A stretch of DNA of 64,000 nucleotides from Entomortierella parvispora E1425 (GCA_020891255.1 BQFW01000014.1:1550001-1614000), one strand, 5' to 3'. Counted from the stretch's first letter, positions 38,266-51,850 are shown. The notes: generated from the letters alone by a model not told the origin. A program made the numbers and translations.

Positions 38266-38485
38266 TGTTGTGAGGAATGGGTGATGGTTGAGAAGCGAAC
38301 GAAATGGCAGAAGGAGAGAACCGGCAAAAATGGTGGCGTTAGGACTGCGAATTGTTTGGTGTGACCAAACAGAAAGTGAAAAAAACAACGATCAGAGACT
38401 CCATTCATTCATTCATTCATCCATCCAAGGACCTAACAAGGACAGAATCGTCAGGACCTTTCTCTGGAATCATAAGCAGAACACA

Positions 38486-39478
38486 ATGGCAAAGAACTAT
38501 ATCATTGAGCACATGGAGGAGGGTACGTACTTCTCGCATGGAATTGGGATTCCACTTGCTCAGACTCGGTGGATGAATCAGGTCTCAGTCGCCTCGGCTC
38601 CTCCACCCCGCCAGCGTCTGACCACCTACCTAATCTTGTATCCATTATTAATTCAACACAGGTATGCACGACTGGTGCAAGCTGGAGTACGAGCACATGG
38701 TTTCCGTCATTGGACCCGATCATGTTTACTTCACCGCCTTGACTCCCTCGACTTTGGCCGCTATGCCTCCCAGCCTCGCCAAGGCCCAGTGCTACACCGA
38801 GGATATTCTCACCATGGCCGACCGTATCCCCCATGAGAAGGTCTGCCTTTTGGACCCCTCCTCGCCCAATGTACTGAGCCCCGAAGATGCTGATACCTAC
38901 GATTTCTTTTTGTTTGGAGGTATTCTCGGCGATGACCCACCAAGAGGTAATTTTCAAGTGCAACTGGACGGTCAGGAATAGAAATCAGCCCTTATGCAAT
39001 TAGAAATCCTAATCATAGACGCGACATTCATTTATAGATCGCACTGGAGAGCTCAGAAAACTCGGGTTCGCCACTCGCCATTTGGGATCAGTCCAGATGA
39101 CAACCGACACGGCTGTCAACGTGACGAGACGCGTTATCGAAGGAAAGAGTACGTTGTTTTTGGAGCGTGATCATGCTTATTTTCTCGAAGTTCGGAAGCC
39201 CGACAGACTTGGCGCTAACTTTTCACGATTGCAACTCTTGTATAGCTCCATTGGACCAGATCCCCTTCATTGACCACCCAGAGATCAAGCTCCGTAAGAA
39301 GGAGACTGTTACCATGCCCTTCCGTTATATTGCTCTTCCACCCAAGACTGAATCCGCGTCAGAAGAAGGAAGCGAGACGAAAAAGGCAAAGAAGCCAAAA
39401 AAGCCCGAGCCTCTCCTTCCTCCAGGCATGATTGAGCTTCTTATCAAGGACAACGACGAGGCTATTGACCAGTTCTGA
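38486..39478 (+). CDS. SFM1: SPOUT-family protein arginine methyltransferase Sfm1 (DUF431), multi-exon
   Basis: YIIEHME, WCKLEY, VCLLDP, FLFGGILGDDPPRDRT, RHLGSVQMTTDTAV, PFRY. Confidence 0.88.
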
Positions 39479-40431
39479 TTAGGAAAGGGCAAGGAAAGAG
39501 ACTACAAAAAACACATTAGACATGATTTTTCGTGGCACAATAAACACGGCCTAGGGATAATTTTGCGCAAATGGCGGCCAGTTCACAAAGTCAGGTCACA
39601 AAACACAGAGTTTTTCCAGGATAGAGTTTTGGGGTCTGAGAGCTCAGGACTAGGCTTTATACCCAAACTGCTCAGCAGGCTGTGGTTCTTGGCAAGACAC
39701 AAGGGAGGCGTCGAGGCACACCCGCCAAACAACTTTCATTGGAACGTGGACATCCTTTTGACACAAAACAAACGAGAGTGCGGCGTGCATGCACGAGAAT
39801 GGAAGCATGGAAATCGTGAAAGACGAAGGATGATCTGTGTGTGCCCCTATAGTCTACGTAAGGAAGGAAAGACCATTGAACAATGATCGAGTCAGCTTCA
39901 GGAACAACTGAACGACGTGCGGGACTACAGTAGCGTCGACTTCGAGGCTGTTGCCAGGACTGAGAAAAAGCCCTCGGGGAATCGGAGTAACTAAGTAAAA
40001 CAACAAAACAGAAGATCTGGTGGTCATGATAGACAGGCTCTAAATTGGTAGCGCAGCGGGGTGCCGCCTTCGGTGAAGAAAGAAAGCGAAAAAGAGTCGA
40101 CACCCAGGCGATGCTGATCCATCCCAGAACAGGAGAGAAGGGACAGCTGCCTCCGCTTTTGTTCTCGTCCAGGCCAAAAGTCGACAGCTGTGGCGCAGTG
40201 GCGGCGAGGACTGATTCACTGAAGGGGACTTAGACTATCCACGGCTGAGACGAGCACAAATAGCTTAAAAAACCGCCGCTCTCCCTTTCCTTTGCTCGCT
40301 TCGTTGTATTAATATTATCCGTCTCGCTCATTCATCCTTGGTGCTCCGTCTGCATCGCCCTCTCTCTCTCTCTCTCTCTCCCCTACTCCTCTCCTCCCCT
40401 TCCAGCTTGCCCTGATTGATTCTCATTCTGG

Positions 40432-43400
40432 ATGAATTCGAATCTGGAGCCATTCCCCCCTGCTCGATTCTCCTCGTCTACTTCCTCAGAGCGCCATTCC
40501 CTGCGAGAGTTCAATCCTCAGGACAATAGACCCCTCATGGACAGTGGCAAGGACAATGGGGCCAACAGACCCCCCCTGCCTTCGTCCTCCAGACTCACCG
40601 CCCAGGCTGCCTTTGATGTGGTATCCGAGCCTTCAGCTTCCAAGCAGCTTATTGCCTTAGGCATCAAGAACGTCAAGGTCCGAACAAGGGACCTCCCACA
40701 GACCATGTACGTCCCTACTGGCACGCACGCACTATATATCCCTCGCCCCCTCTCCTCCCCCTGCAGCATGCTATTTACCGTACCACGTACTCACTGACCC
40801 TCCACGCTTTCAATTGATCGAATCTCTGCAGCAATGCCCTGTTCCAGGTACACACCTTGTCCAGTTGCTGTCTGCAATACAACCCATGCCAATGCCTCTT
40901 CAATCGCCCACTAAGCGCTTGTTCGACCCTCTTCTCCTATGTAGCCTGTTTGGATGATGCTCATCCTGGTCTTCCTTCATCTATCTGCAAAGTCTGCTCC
41001 CGACCGTATGTCTCTCTCCACTGTTGCCGTTGACATTCCCTCGTGCGCAAATCAAAAATTCTAATTTGCGCCACCAATCTTCTATGCTTTAGACATGGCC
41101 GTCAAGGCCCTGCCTTTCCTTTCTGACGATACCTGCAAGTCGACCACAGACTGCACCTACTTTGGATACACCGGCATCCCAGCGACTGACCCCATCATCG
41201 CAGAACTCACCAGCTTCTTCGCAGCCTCAGAACCCCAGTCCGTTGTTCCCAAGCTCTACGCGTCCGAGGCTGACATGAACAGTGCCTACGAGGCCTCGCC
41301 TGTCAACTTTGTGGTCGGCGTAGTCTTCTTGGGTCCATCGACCAATCTCAGTCTGCCATCCACAGCCGCAGGATCTCCATCAGACTTGTATCAGTACACC
41401 ATTCTCGCCAACCACACGGCCGCTGTCTACGACGATTACCTTGATACCCGATATGCAACCGCTCAGGTATCCTTTCAGGGCTGCTAAATCAATTGATCGT
41501 GAATGGAACGTACTACTAACCCATCGCCACCCATATCACTCTCGTTCACTCTTTTCGCTACTTGTAGGCCTATGTCGAGCGTGCTGCCATTAACTTGCGC
41601 CGCAAAGCCAACAACAAGCCTCCACTCTCGTCGCCGTTGCCCTTGAAGATATCTCCCGAAGTGACGAACTCGGGCGCTGGCAGGACATTTATCTCTTACG
41701 CCAACTTTGTCGGCCTTGGATCGTCCATCAACTCAAGTTTGAACCCGTTCTATGTCATCTTTTGCTTCCAGGCCGTATGGCTGGGTGTCCTCAGCATTCT
41801 CGTTGTGGAAAAGAAGAAAAAGATTCGCATGGCCATGACCATGATGGGAATGACCCAGAACCCGTACCTTGTTTCTGTCTGGTTGATGCAAAAGTAAGAT
41901 TCGGACCCATAGCCACCATCACCACTGTACTCAATTGCTGCCTCCTGTTGTTTTAACACGACACTGACGTTTTTATTTTCATCTTCTACCAATAGCATCC
42001 AGAACTTGGTGACCTGCGCGCTTATGGTCTTTATCCTTTTTGTAGGAAAGATCTTCAGCTACACGAACGCATTCATTGTGTACCTGCTTCTTATCCTATT
42101 CTCGTTCAACGCTACCGCATTCGGATCCATTGCCGCCGTCGTTGTTCCAGATCCCAAAAAGACAAATCAGGCGTCGTTCGTGATCCTCATTTTGACTGTC
42201 GGAAGCTACGGTATTTGTACCGCTTTGGTCTTTGGCAGTGACAAGGTCTTGAACCCGACGACCGAGACCCTCCTGTTCCTTATCCCCTCTGTTGCTTTGG
42301 GACGAGCCATCAGCTATATCACCGGTATTGAGGCTGCACTCGGCGGTGTCACTTTTGAAAATATCTCGACAGGACCCTGCGGCAAAGCGCTCTGGATGAT
42401 GGCTTTGGACTGCATCATCTTTTACTTTTTGGCATGGTATTTGGATGCAGTGTTCCCCGGAGAATTTGGCAACCCTTTGCCATTCGACTTTTTGCTCCGG
42501 CCAAGCTACTGGGGCCTTGGACAGTACCAAGGAGGGCAATCGGCTACGAACCCCACGCCTCTCTCCAACCCCACTACTGACAACCTGGATCCATCAGTTG
42601 ACAATGATCACGTTGATATGTTTGAAGTGACGGACACTTTTCGCATCGCGCCTGCAGATCGCAGCATCATTCAAGTCAGAAACCTTCGAAAGTCATTTGA
42701 CACGGCTATTGGTTGGGCCTATAATCTCCCTCTCTGGGGACTCTTCTTCCGCATGTTCTACCCACCCGAGTCATCGCGTACCAAAGGCCCCTTCAGGGGC
42801 TCGCAGAAGCAACAAGTTGTCGAGGGATTGAATCTGGAGGTTCACCGTAACGAGATTCTTGGATTCTTGGGCCATAATGGCGCTGGCAAGACTACATCGC
42901 TCTCGATTATCATGGGCATGTTAAAGCCTAGCTCAGGATCCATCACCGTCAACGGTCATGTTTTGCCAGGGAGTGACGGGATCGCCCAACGGGACATGGA
43001 TCTCAGAACTTTGGGCGAGGTCCAGAAGCTGATGGGTGTCTGTCCCCAACACGACGTCCTTTTTGATACCCTCACTGCTTGGGAGACTGTCCAGCTCTAT
43101 GCAACGATCAAGGGTGTCAGAGTTTTGGGTCACAAGGGTCGGGACACGCAAGACATACAAGCGGACGAGAAAGCACTCTTGGAAGAATACTTGGACCACC
43201 TGTTGGATGATGTCTACCTCAAGGAGAAGAAGCATGAGCGTGTTCAGACCTATTCTGGTGGCATGAAGCGCAAACTCAGTGTGGCGCTTGCTTTCCTCGG
43301 CGATCCAAAGGTTGTGTTGTTGGATGAGCCCACGACAGGAATGGATGTGTTTACACGAAAGCAGGTTTGGCAATTGATGCAGGACTCCAAGGCTGGTCGC

Positions 43401-44021
43401 GCCATTCTCCTGACAACCCACTCGATGGAGGAGGCCGATGCTCTCGGGGACCGAATCGCCATTCTTTCCCACGGTAAACTCCAAACGCTGGGAAGTTCCC
43501 TGTTCCTGAAGAACCGGTTCGGGCTTGGTTACAGACTCAGTCTGGAGAAGCGTCGCGTGATGTTGGCTGATCACAAATCACAACAACAGCAGCAACAGCG
43601 CCACTACCATGAACAGCACCTTGAAATCCAATCGACAAGCCTCTTGGGAAATCATGATGGCGAGTCGGATCAAGTCGTGCTGTTTGATGAAGAGAAGGCC
43701 ACAGCCATTGTGCAGGAGCACTTCTCGGACGCGACCATCGATGTCAACACAGCGACAGATATTACCTATGTGCTCCCTACGACAGGAACAGTGGAACAAC
43801 GGGGTGGTAGAACGGCGCAAGAATATATTCGCGACAAGAAGGCGGCTCTCCCAGCATTGTTTGCACAACTGGACGCTGAGATTGCGGCCAACCGACTGGG
43901 CGTCAAGAGTGTAGGTCTGTCCTTGACGACGTTGGAGGAAGTCTTTGTCAGTCTCCAAGAACAAGAAGAGGCCGAGAATCTGGCCAAGGAGGAGGCTGAA
44001 GCTGTGAAGAACCAAAAGTAA
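40432..44021 (+). CDS. Half-size ABCA transporter, N-half-like, copy 2
   Basis: ATG at 40432 (MNSNLEPF); same exon structure (including the 16-nt microexon) and NBD motifs as 22402-25944. Confidence 0.9.
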
Positions 44022-45089
44022 AGCGAGAGAATAATTCTCTCCGAAATGAGACTGGGTACGCGGCGCGCTCTCTTGTTCTCTATCCTTTTGTCTATGAAAA
44101 ACTACCATCTATGTCCCACCAAATGAAAAAAAAGCCGGAGATCTTGCCCATATATCCTTCATCCGAACCCATGGTTTCGAATCTCATGTCAATCTATAAT
44201 AAAATACAGTACAGTACTGTAGTCATCCAAGAGCCAAGAAGTTAGAAACAAACAGGAGAGAGTTGCATGGCAATTGAAACCTCCCGGAGCAGAGACTGCA
44301 GCTGCCAGAGCATTCAGCAAGATTGGAGTCGCCGAGCGGGAGATAAAAAGAGGCCGACAGGGGGAAGAAGAATCCGAACCCAAGAACCATGAATGAAATA
44401 AACCTGTTCTGCAGTCGGGCAGATCAGCTCAGGTCTCGATTTGATTTACAAAAAAAAAAGCCCGAAGTAGCGCCATGTAGAAATTGGTGGCAACCGACGA
44501 GGCTGGGTCAAAAAAAGGTGATCTTGGGCACAGCCAATCAGAGATCAGGGATGCAGAATCAAAACAGACCGTTTTTCTTTTGGTTTCCAGCCAGCCAGCC
44601 AGCGAGCCAGCGAGCCAGGGCCAGATCTGTGTGTTTGTGTGCATATGCGTGGATATCTTGTTTCCTGTGTTCTCTCGCGGGGGGAGAGGAGAAGAGGAGA
44701 GGAATGAACAAAACAAATGGTGCACACAACGAACAAGACAAGAAGTGGTCTGATCGAGGGTTGCCCACAGAACAGACCAGGGCGCGCGGGAAAGAGAGAA
44801 CAAGAAAAAGTGCCTCCCACCACCCCCAACCTCACCCACCGGACAAAAAGAAGAAAAAAGACCCAAACAACCGAGTCCGAACAGATAGATATAGATGGAC
44901 GCACAGAAAGAGACATCACCTCACTTTTTACCTTTTAATCTTTTCCTCCTCCAGGCACCCGTCTTTGCTCGCACAGGAACAGTCCGCTACTTGTCTTCTT
45001 TTTTTTTCCCCTCTTCTTTTCTTCTTTTTTTCTCTTTCTCATCTCTCTTCTCCTCATCCTTCCTTCCCTCCTCATTCCTCATCTCCGCA

Positions 45090-46914
45090 ATGGCCATCAT
45101 TGTCCAGTTGGTCCAGGGCTTCCAGTCCTTGGCCGCTAGTCTGCTCAACCCCGCCAACCTCTCCCAGCTCCTCTCCACCCTTGTTATCGGTATCGTCGTC
45201 ATCCTCGTCCTTACTCAGATTCACCAAAGGATCAACGTCGACAAGAATGCTCCTCCAGAGGTCCCTTACTGGATCCCTTACCTCGGATCCGCCATCCAGT
45301 TCAGTGTCAACCCCATCAAGTTCTATGACGACAACCGCAAGAAGTACGGAGACATCTTCACCTATACCATGGTCGGCCGCAAGTTCACCGTCTGTCTCGG
45401 TGTTGAGGGCAACAACTTTGTCTTCAACGCAAAGACTGCCGACGTCTCTGCTGAGGAGTCCTACACGCCCTTGACCACCCCAGTCTTTGGAAAGGGTGTC
45501 GTTTACGATTGCCCCAACCACATGCTGATGGAGCAAAAGAAGTTTGTCAAGTGGGGCATGTCCAACGACGCCTTCCGCGCCTACGTTTCCGAGATTGAGG
45601 AGGAGACCCGCACCTACTTTGAGCGCTGGAACAACAAGGTCGGCGGCAGAGCCGATCTCTTCACTGCCATGGCCGAGTTGATCATCAACACTGCTTCCCG
45701 AACTTTGATGGGTCCTGAGATCCGTTCGTTGATGGACGAGTCTGGTAAGTTTCCCTTCTTTCTTCTACCTTCCTCTTCTATTTTTTTCCGATCTGCTAGC
45801 AGACTTGGATCTAGTCGCGGGACGAGAACAAAGGGCAAAAGGAACCAGGAGCAAGGGTCCTCTATGTTCTTAAGCAACAGCCGTTACTTTTACCTTTTTT
45901 TTCTTGTGACACCTTCCCAGGCACAAGAGCATGGGCCAAGCACAGCTCAACCTTTATTTCTTTTACCAACTCTTTTTCTTATCTGGCTCTCTATATTTTC
46001 CAACATGTATAGTTGCCCAAGTTTACCACGATCTCGACGATGGTTTTCAGCCTATCAACATGTTCTTCCAGTGGTTGCCCCTTCCTTCCTACGCCCGCCG
46101 TGACCGTGCCCACGTCAAGATGCGCAACATTTTCATGAAGGTTATTGAGGAGCGTCGCGCCAACAACATCACGGACAAGACCGATATGCTCCAGTCTTTG
46201 ATGAACCAGACCTACAAGGACGGTACCCCCTTCACTGACGTTGATGCTTGCCACTTGATGATTGCCTTGCTCATGGCCGGTCAGCACACCTCCTCCACCA
46301 CCGCCACCTGGGCCCTCTTGTTCTTGGCCGAGAACCCCGAGTTGGTCAAGGAGTTGCGCGCTGAACAGAAGGATGTCCTCGGATCTGACGATGCTCCTTT
46401 GAACTTTGACATGATGAAGAACATGACCTTGCTCGACAATGTGATCCGTGAGACTCTTCGTCTTCGCCCACCAATTATCATGATTCTCCGCAAGGTCATC
46501 CGCCCCATCGCCTACACTGGAACCGACTATGTGATCCCCAAGGGCAACTACATTGCTGCCTCGCCCATCGCCACCCAGGTCGATGAGCAGTACTACAAGA
46601 ACGCCATGAAGTTTGATGCTCATCGTTGGGACTCTATCTCGACCGAGGAGTCCACCACGGAAGGCATGGTCGATTACGGATTCGGAAAGATTGCCTCTGG
46701 TGGTGCCCGTAACCCCAACTTGCCCTTTGGCGCGGGTCGTCATCGTTGCATTGGAGAGTCGTTTGCGTACGTTCAGCTCAAGACCATCATCTCGACTTTT
46801 GTCCGCATGTACGATGTGTCATTGACCGAGAAGGGTATGCCCGGCTCTGACTTTACAAAGATGTTTGTCCAGCCCGTATTACCCGTCGACATTGACTACA
46901 AGCCCCGCAAGTAA
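45090..46914 (+). CDS. ERG11: Sterol 14-alpha-demethylase CYP51; one intron at 45745-46012
   Basis: YTPLTTPVFGKGVVYDCPN (Tyr retained at the position equivalent to Candida Y132), EQKKFVK, LMAGQHTSS, ETLR, heme motif PFGAGRHRCIGE. Confidence 0.97.
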
Positions 46915-47174
46915 GAAGGGAGAAAAGGCGAAAGCAACAACACAACATCGTAGCATTGTATCTGTTTAGAACAATTTGTAGGATAGAAAGAAAGTATATA
47001 AAAGAATTGCATATCTGAAAACACCCAGTATCGATATCCATTCGTCGACCTAGTGGTCTTGAAAGTGCGAGCCATGACCTCGAACAGCTCTTTACAAAGC
47101 TGTTTTTGAGGCATGGGAATGAAAGGGCAATCAGGATTAATGAGGATTTTTTATTTATTTATTTTTTGGACACT

Positions 47175-49901
47175 TCAGCCATCGGTCCTTTGTCTCTTTC
47201 TTGCTCCTCCATCTAGACGCTCCCCTCTTATATCCCTATTGGTGCTGCCCATTTTGGGGAGAGTTTTTGCTACACGGAGAGCAATGTGTAGCTGGTTTAA
47301 CAGCTCTGGCGTGGCAGATCTACCTCGAATGCAGTTCTCGATAGAAGCTAGCAAAGTGGCCGCAATAAAGTTCAACCTCGCTTGATCAGCAGCTTCATCC
47401 TCCTGCTGTTGCTCGACCAACGGCTCCATCACGTCCTCAGGCTCCAGATCCTGGTCCTCTTGCCCCAATACCTCCTCCTGTCGATGCTCGACCAATGGCT
47501 CCATCGTGAGATGAGCAGGTCCAAGATCCAGACTCGCTTGCTCAGACTGACTTGCCTGCCGTTGCTCAACCGATTGGTCTATTGTGTTGTCACAAGGCGC
47601 GGAGCCTCCTTGGGCAACGGCTGAGCTGGAGGTGCCGTCGGATGAGGGCTGGACTTTATCACTAACTGATCGTCGTAACTCAAGGTATACACGCCCAATG
47701 GCAAAAACGTGCTTACAGAGGCGACCCAGACGGAGAAAGTACGGGCAAGTGCAGCTAATGGCCAGAGTGCGCTCGTCCACAGAGATCTCGTGGAAAAGTC
47801 CTGGGTTTGTGAAAGAGTTCATAGAGCACCTCCAAGTAGCGGCACCCGGCAAGCGTAGGAGAAGACGAACTCGCTGTTTGAGAGTAGCACTGTCCATCGA
47901 GATGGCCGTCAGTTTCTGGTAAAAGTCCAGGGTCCCTCCTTTTGTGTGGCGGCTGATCCGGGCAGGTGAGAGTGTGTCCTCGTGCTTGAGATAGTCGACG
48001 ACAATGTATGAGAGAAGATGGACAATTTCGTCGCCCCGCAGTGGTCCACTCCGATCTCGGAGGATATGGGCCATCAAATGGTTGTGCCATGATTCTACAT
48101 AATCGTTGGTAACCATAGCGGCATAATCCACGTCCGTCCGACAAGCCCTCATCCACGTCTGTTGACGCGCTTGTGGGTAGAAATATTCCGTTCGCAGATA
48201 CTTCAAAAGCTCGTCATAGGCCTCCCATTTCGTCCCGAATAAAAGGATCCTTTCCTGTGCCCGCTGTAGATCTGTTTCGTACATGATGGCTGTCAGATCA
48301 GACAGCACTTTTGCTCGCAACTCGATGGCCTTTTCAGGAGTGGCGGCAGTGACAATTCCTCGGATCTTGATGGACCAGACGCGCACGATGTGCCACAAAC
48401 AGAGTTGAACCTTGACTTGGCCGTCAAACGGTTTGTTGACTGTCAAGCGCTCCATACCAGGATCGTCGGTCGTGATGTACTGGATAGGACCGACGGTCTT
48501 TTGGAGCTCTTGAATCCATGCTTGCAAAGGCGCATGAGACTTGTCGCTGGTTAAAAGAAAAGCAACAGGAATCGCTCTCAATGATGGGCGATCCTGAATA
48601 ACAGCGGTGAACAGCTCATAAGAGTTTCCCATGGAACCATGCGTCGAATCGAGTCCAATGGCCACTGGATTTGAGTGCAACTTTTCAATCTGCCATTGCC
48701 GAGCAAACCCAAGAGCAACCGGTCGTTCGCCTTTGTCGTGTGTGTGGGGTGATTCATAAAGGAAAGCCCAAAAGTCTGGATCGTCGCGAAGCTTCTCATA
48801 CCACTTTCTGATCGAAACGTGGTCATTGTCGTCCAGGTGGACGGGACTTTTCCAGTCTTTTCGGTGGACGTTATCTAGATCGGCTGACGTGACAATGTCG
48901 TCTCGGGTGAATGTCAGGTTGGACAGTCGCTGGGCCAAGAGTGCGGGCGGCACAGACAACTTCTTCCTGACCTCGTTCCTGCCAAGACCCAGATCGGTAT
49001 AATAGGCGACCTGGCGCCGTTTCTCATCGCTCAGTCGCAATAGTTTGACATCGTCGGTGCAGCCCACATTGTGGTGGGTGTGGCAGGAAAAGTAGGCGAC
49101 TCGAACTCGGCTCTTTTGCACGTTGGAAGCAAATTCTGGATCGCCGGACTGCGGCGTGTAGGCGCGTAGCTTGTGGACAAGGACCTTGGCGCGGCACCCA
49201 ACACCCATGTGGTCCTTGTTGAACTTTCGTGTTTTCGGCACCTTGACTGCAGGTGTTTCCATCGGCAACGGGTCAGGGTCACCACTAGGGTCCAAGATGC
49301 GCTCTGGTGCAGTTGAGCTCTCCCGTGAATCAGGATCGTGCTGTAGTGCGGGCTCGCTCACTGGACGCCGTGATTTTTTCTTGAAAGAGCCTGGGGGCCT
49401 GTAACGATGGCATTTCCATGTCTCGTAGTAATCGAATTCGCTCCTGCCCTGCGCTTCAGAGCTGACCCTCATCTTTTTCGTCCACCGAAAGAAGCGGCTG
49501 CTACCGTCTCGAAAGAGCCAATCTTTGTAGACCGCCTCGTCCAAGAAGAAGACCTTTGGGTGAACGAGGACTCTCTCTCCTTCAGGAGAATCGAAAATCT
49601 CGGGATCAATGCTATCCAACACCGCGGTATCTGTCACAAGGGGTACGCTATCCCATCGACTTTGCTCGTCCTCTAGTACACGCGTCGCCACAATGTCCTT
49701 GAAAGGAACTAGCGAGTGTAGATCGTACTCGCCCCGCTTTAGTTTGATATCGACCGTAGACCGCATTGCATCTCCTGGGGGGAGATCCGACTCGTCGACA
49801 TCGCCAAGAGAAATATCATTCTGTCGGATCACTTCCTCGTCCTCCAACACTTCTAGCAACTCTTTACAAAGTTGCGGCGGAATAGTCGAGAGATCAGCCA
49901 T
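47175..49901 (-). mobile_element. Mutator-like (MULE) transposase, intact 908-aa intronless ORF; no TIRs seen
   Basis: DDE-type motifs IGLDSTH, ITTDD, LCLWH and TNDYVESWHN; SWIM finger CTCPYF...CKHVFA; N-terminal C..C/H.H-type region (WKCHR...GCRAKV...CHTHH). Confidence 0.85.
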
Positions 49902-50190
49902 GGAACATCGACTGTGTATTCAGAGAGGTATGAAGATGGCTAATGAACACGGCGCAATGGCAGATTAATAACCGGCAATTTACATTTGAATGAGAATGAC
50001 ATCCCTGGGAACAAAATGCCTATCTTTCTAGGGGTGTGATGGTCAGCGATTGAAGGGGCTGATGTGGCCAAACAGAAAATGCATTGGTCACCTGACTGGA
50101 TGGTAACGCGTTGGTTGCACATAGTGGTATTATGAGTGGATTTTTTTTATTGGATCTGGACTCGTGAATCTGACTGTACAACCCAATGCA

Positions 50191-51817
50191 TTATGACCAG
50201 TTTCCAGTGAGTCCGGTGCCCGAAAATCCACCCGGGCCTACCTGTTTCCTCTCTAATCATCGACGCGAAAGTCATAAAAAGAAAGAGATAAAGGGAAAAG
50301 TAGGTGTCAGAGGGCAGATATCAAGAATCCATTTCCTTTTTTTTTCTCGCCGATCTTTCTGCTTCTCACCTTCTTCGTTTCTCTTCTTGACCTCTTCAGA
50401 GTCCTCGTCAAAGGTTATCAGGTTCAGGATCGTATTCGGCGCAATCTCTAGCCCTTCAATCGTCTTTTCGTTCTCGTCCAGTTCGAGATCACCCAACATG
50501 AGCTTTTGGTACAAAGGGACGATAGCGGTTTTTTGCATGATCTGAACAATAAAAGTTGTTTGCGTCAATGGCCACTCTTTTCGTTCGCGTCTCCAATCTT
50601 TTTTTTTTTTTTTTTTTTTCCCTTCCATACCTTCACTTTAAGATCCATGACAGTGTCCTGCTTGTTGACGACGACTTTGTGTTCTGTAAAAGGGTCCTTG
50701 GAAGATTTAGATCTCCTGGACCTTCTCGATCCAGTCATGTCCACAACTGAAGATGGTGACTTGCGCTTGTGATAGCCATTGTTTGCCTTTGCGTCCACAA
50801 GGTCAAGATCCTCGTCAAGTGGGGACTCTGCAATGGCCACAATTGGCTCGCCTGGTGGGTAAACGCGCACAATAATATTTGCAGATGAGAAATCAAGAAT
50901 CCTAGGAGCACAGACAAAAAAAAGAGGAAAGATTCACACAAGGTGTAAGTAAATGCAATAGCCTTGAGTCACGAGAAAAGGCTCCAGAGCGCCCTGTTGA
51001 TCATACCTCTTGTTCCTGCACTCTTCACACACTGGAGTAGACACTGGAGTAGTGGGTGACGGAGAAATATCGTCTTCTTCGGGCTTGACTGGAGAGGGTT
51101 TGACGTAGATGACTTCTTTGCCGCCCTCGTATCTTTAAAACCCAAGAGATAAACAAGGAAGTTTAGGATAATAAGGTCATAATGAACAGTCATCGAGTGC
51201 AGATCATATCAAACGGCTTACAAATTAGAGAGGGCAGTCCACTCGTCGTCAAGAAGAACCACGAAGCCATTCACATCCTTATAGTCGACCGGCTCTTCTA
51301 GGTCATAAGTGAGAAGTCCATGTTCGCACAGCAACCCATCATTGTCCAAAATCTCGGGCCTCTTAGCGACTGTGGGCTTCCTGATGAAATCTACCCACGC
51401 CTTCATGAATCCTATTGGAATCCACACAAACGAGTACACGTTTAGTGGAACAACGAACACGTAGAAAAACAGTTGTGTAGCCTGTCATTGGTGATTACCT
51501 TGAGATACAAGGTAATATTTGGTCAAGGGCAACATGTCGCGTACGCGAGGTCCACGGGCCAAATACTCGGAAAGTTCTTGCTATTTTTCATCAAAGTGAT
51601 CCAGTATTAGACAATCTTTTAAAAGCATTTGACATTTCGAGGAAACACCGGGAGGTCATACCTTTTCATATGCAGCTCTTGCAGCAGTGTCTTTCTTGTC
51701 ATCGAGTAGAGGCTGTATATCATCACGGCACTCAGCGCACTCTACGACATCCCTTTTGAGGATATCCAGCTGTCCAAAGACTCTTTCAAGAACTGACAGT
51801 GCCTATAACAGGAACCC

Positions 51818-51850
<33 letters not shown>

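Larger units (their letters stand above)
17255..44021. repeat. Tandem segmental duplication: unit 1 about 17255-25944, unit 2 about 27955-44021
   Basis: Shared left block accatga(t/c)actggac(a/g)gtctccttccttctgaggaaag at about 17256 and 27958; near-identical ABCA genes on both strands; homologous promoters (about 20950 vs 33260, 22170-22300 vs 40120-40270). Similarity ends at the plus-strand ABCA stop codons. Confidence 0.9.

Noticed and set aside
39563-40233. Short ORFs between SFM1 and ABCA N-half copy 2
   Set aside because: The region includes promoter sequence homologous to 22035-22300; no protein motifs.
44389-45474. 361-aa ORF overlapping the ERG11 promoter and 5' end
   Set aside because: Low-complexity translation of promoter repeats running into an alternative frame of ERG11; no recognisable motifs.
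46915-50190. TIRs or TSD around the MULE transposase
   Set aside because: No inverted termini found by eye; the shared ggattttttt(a)tt tracts look like polyadenylation-region sequence.
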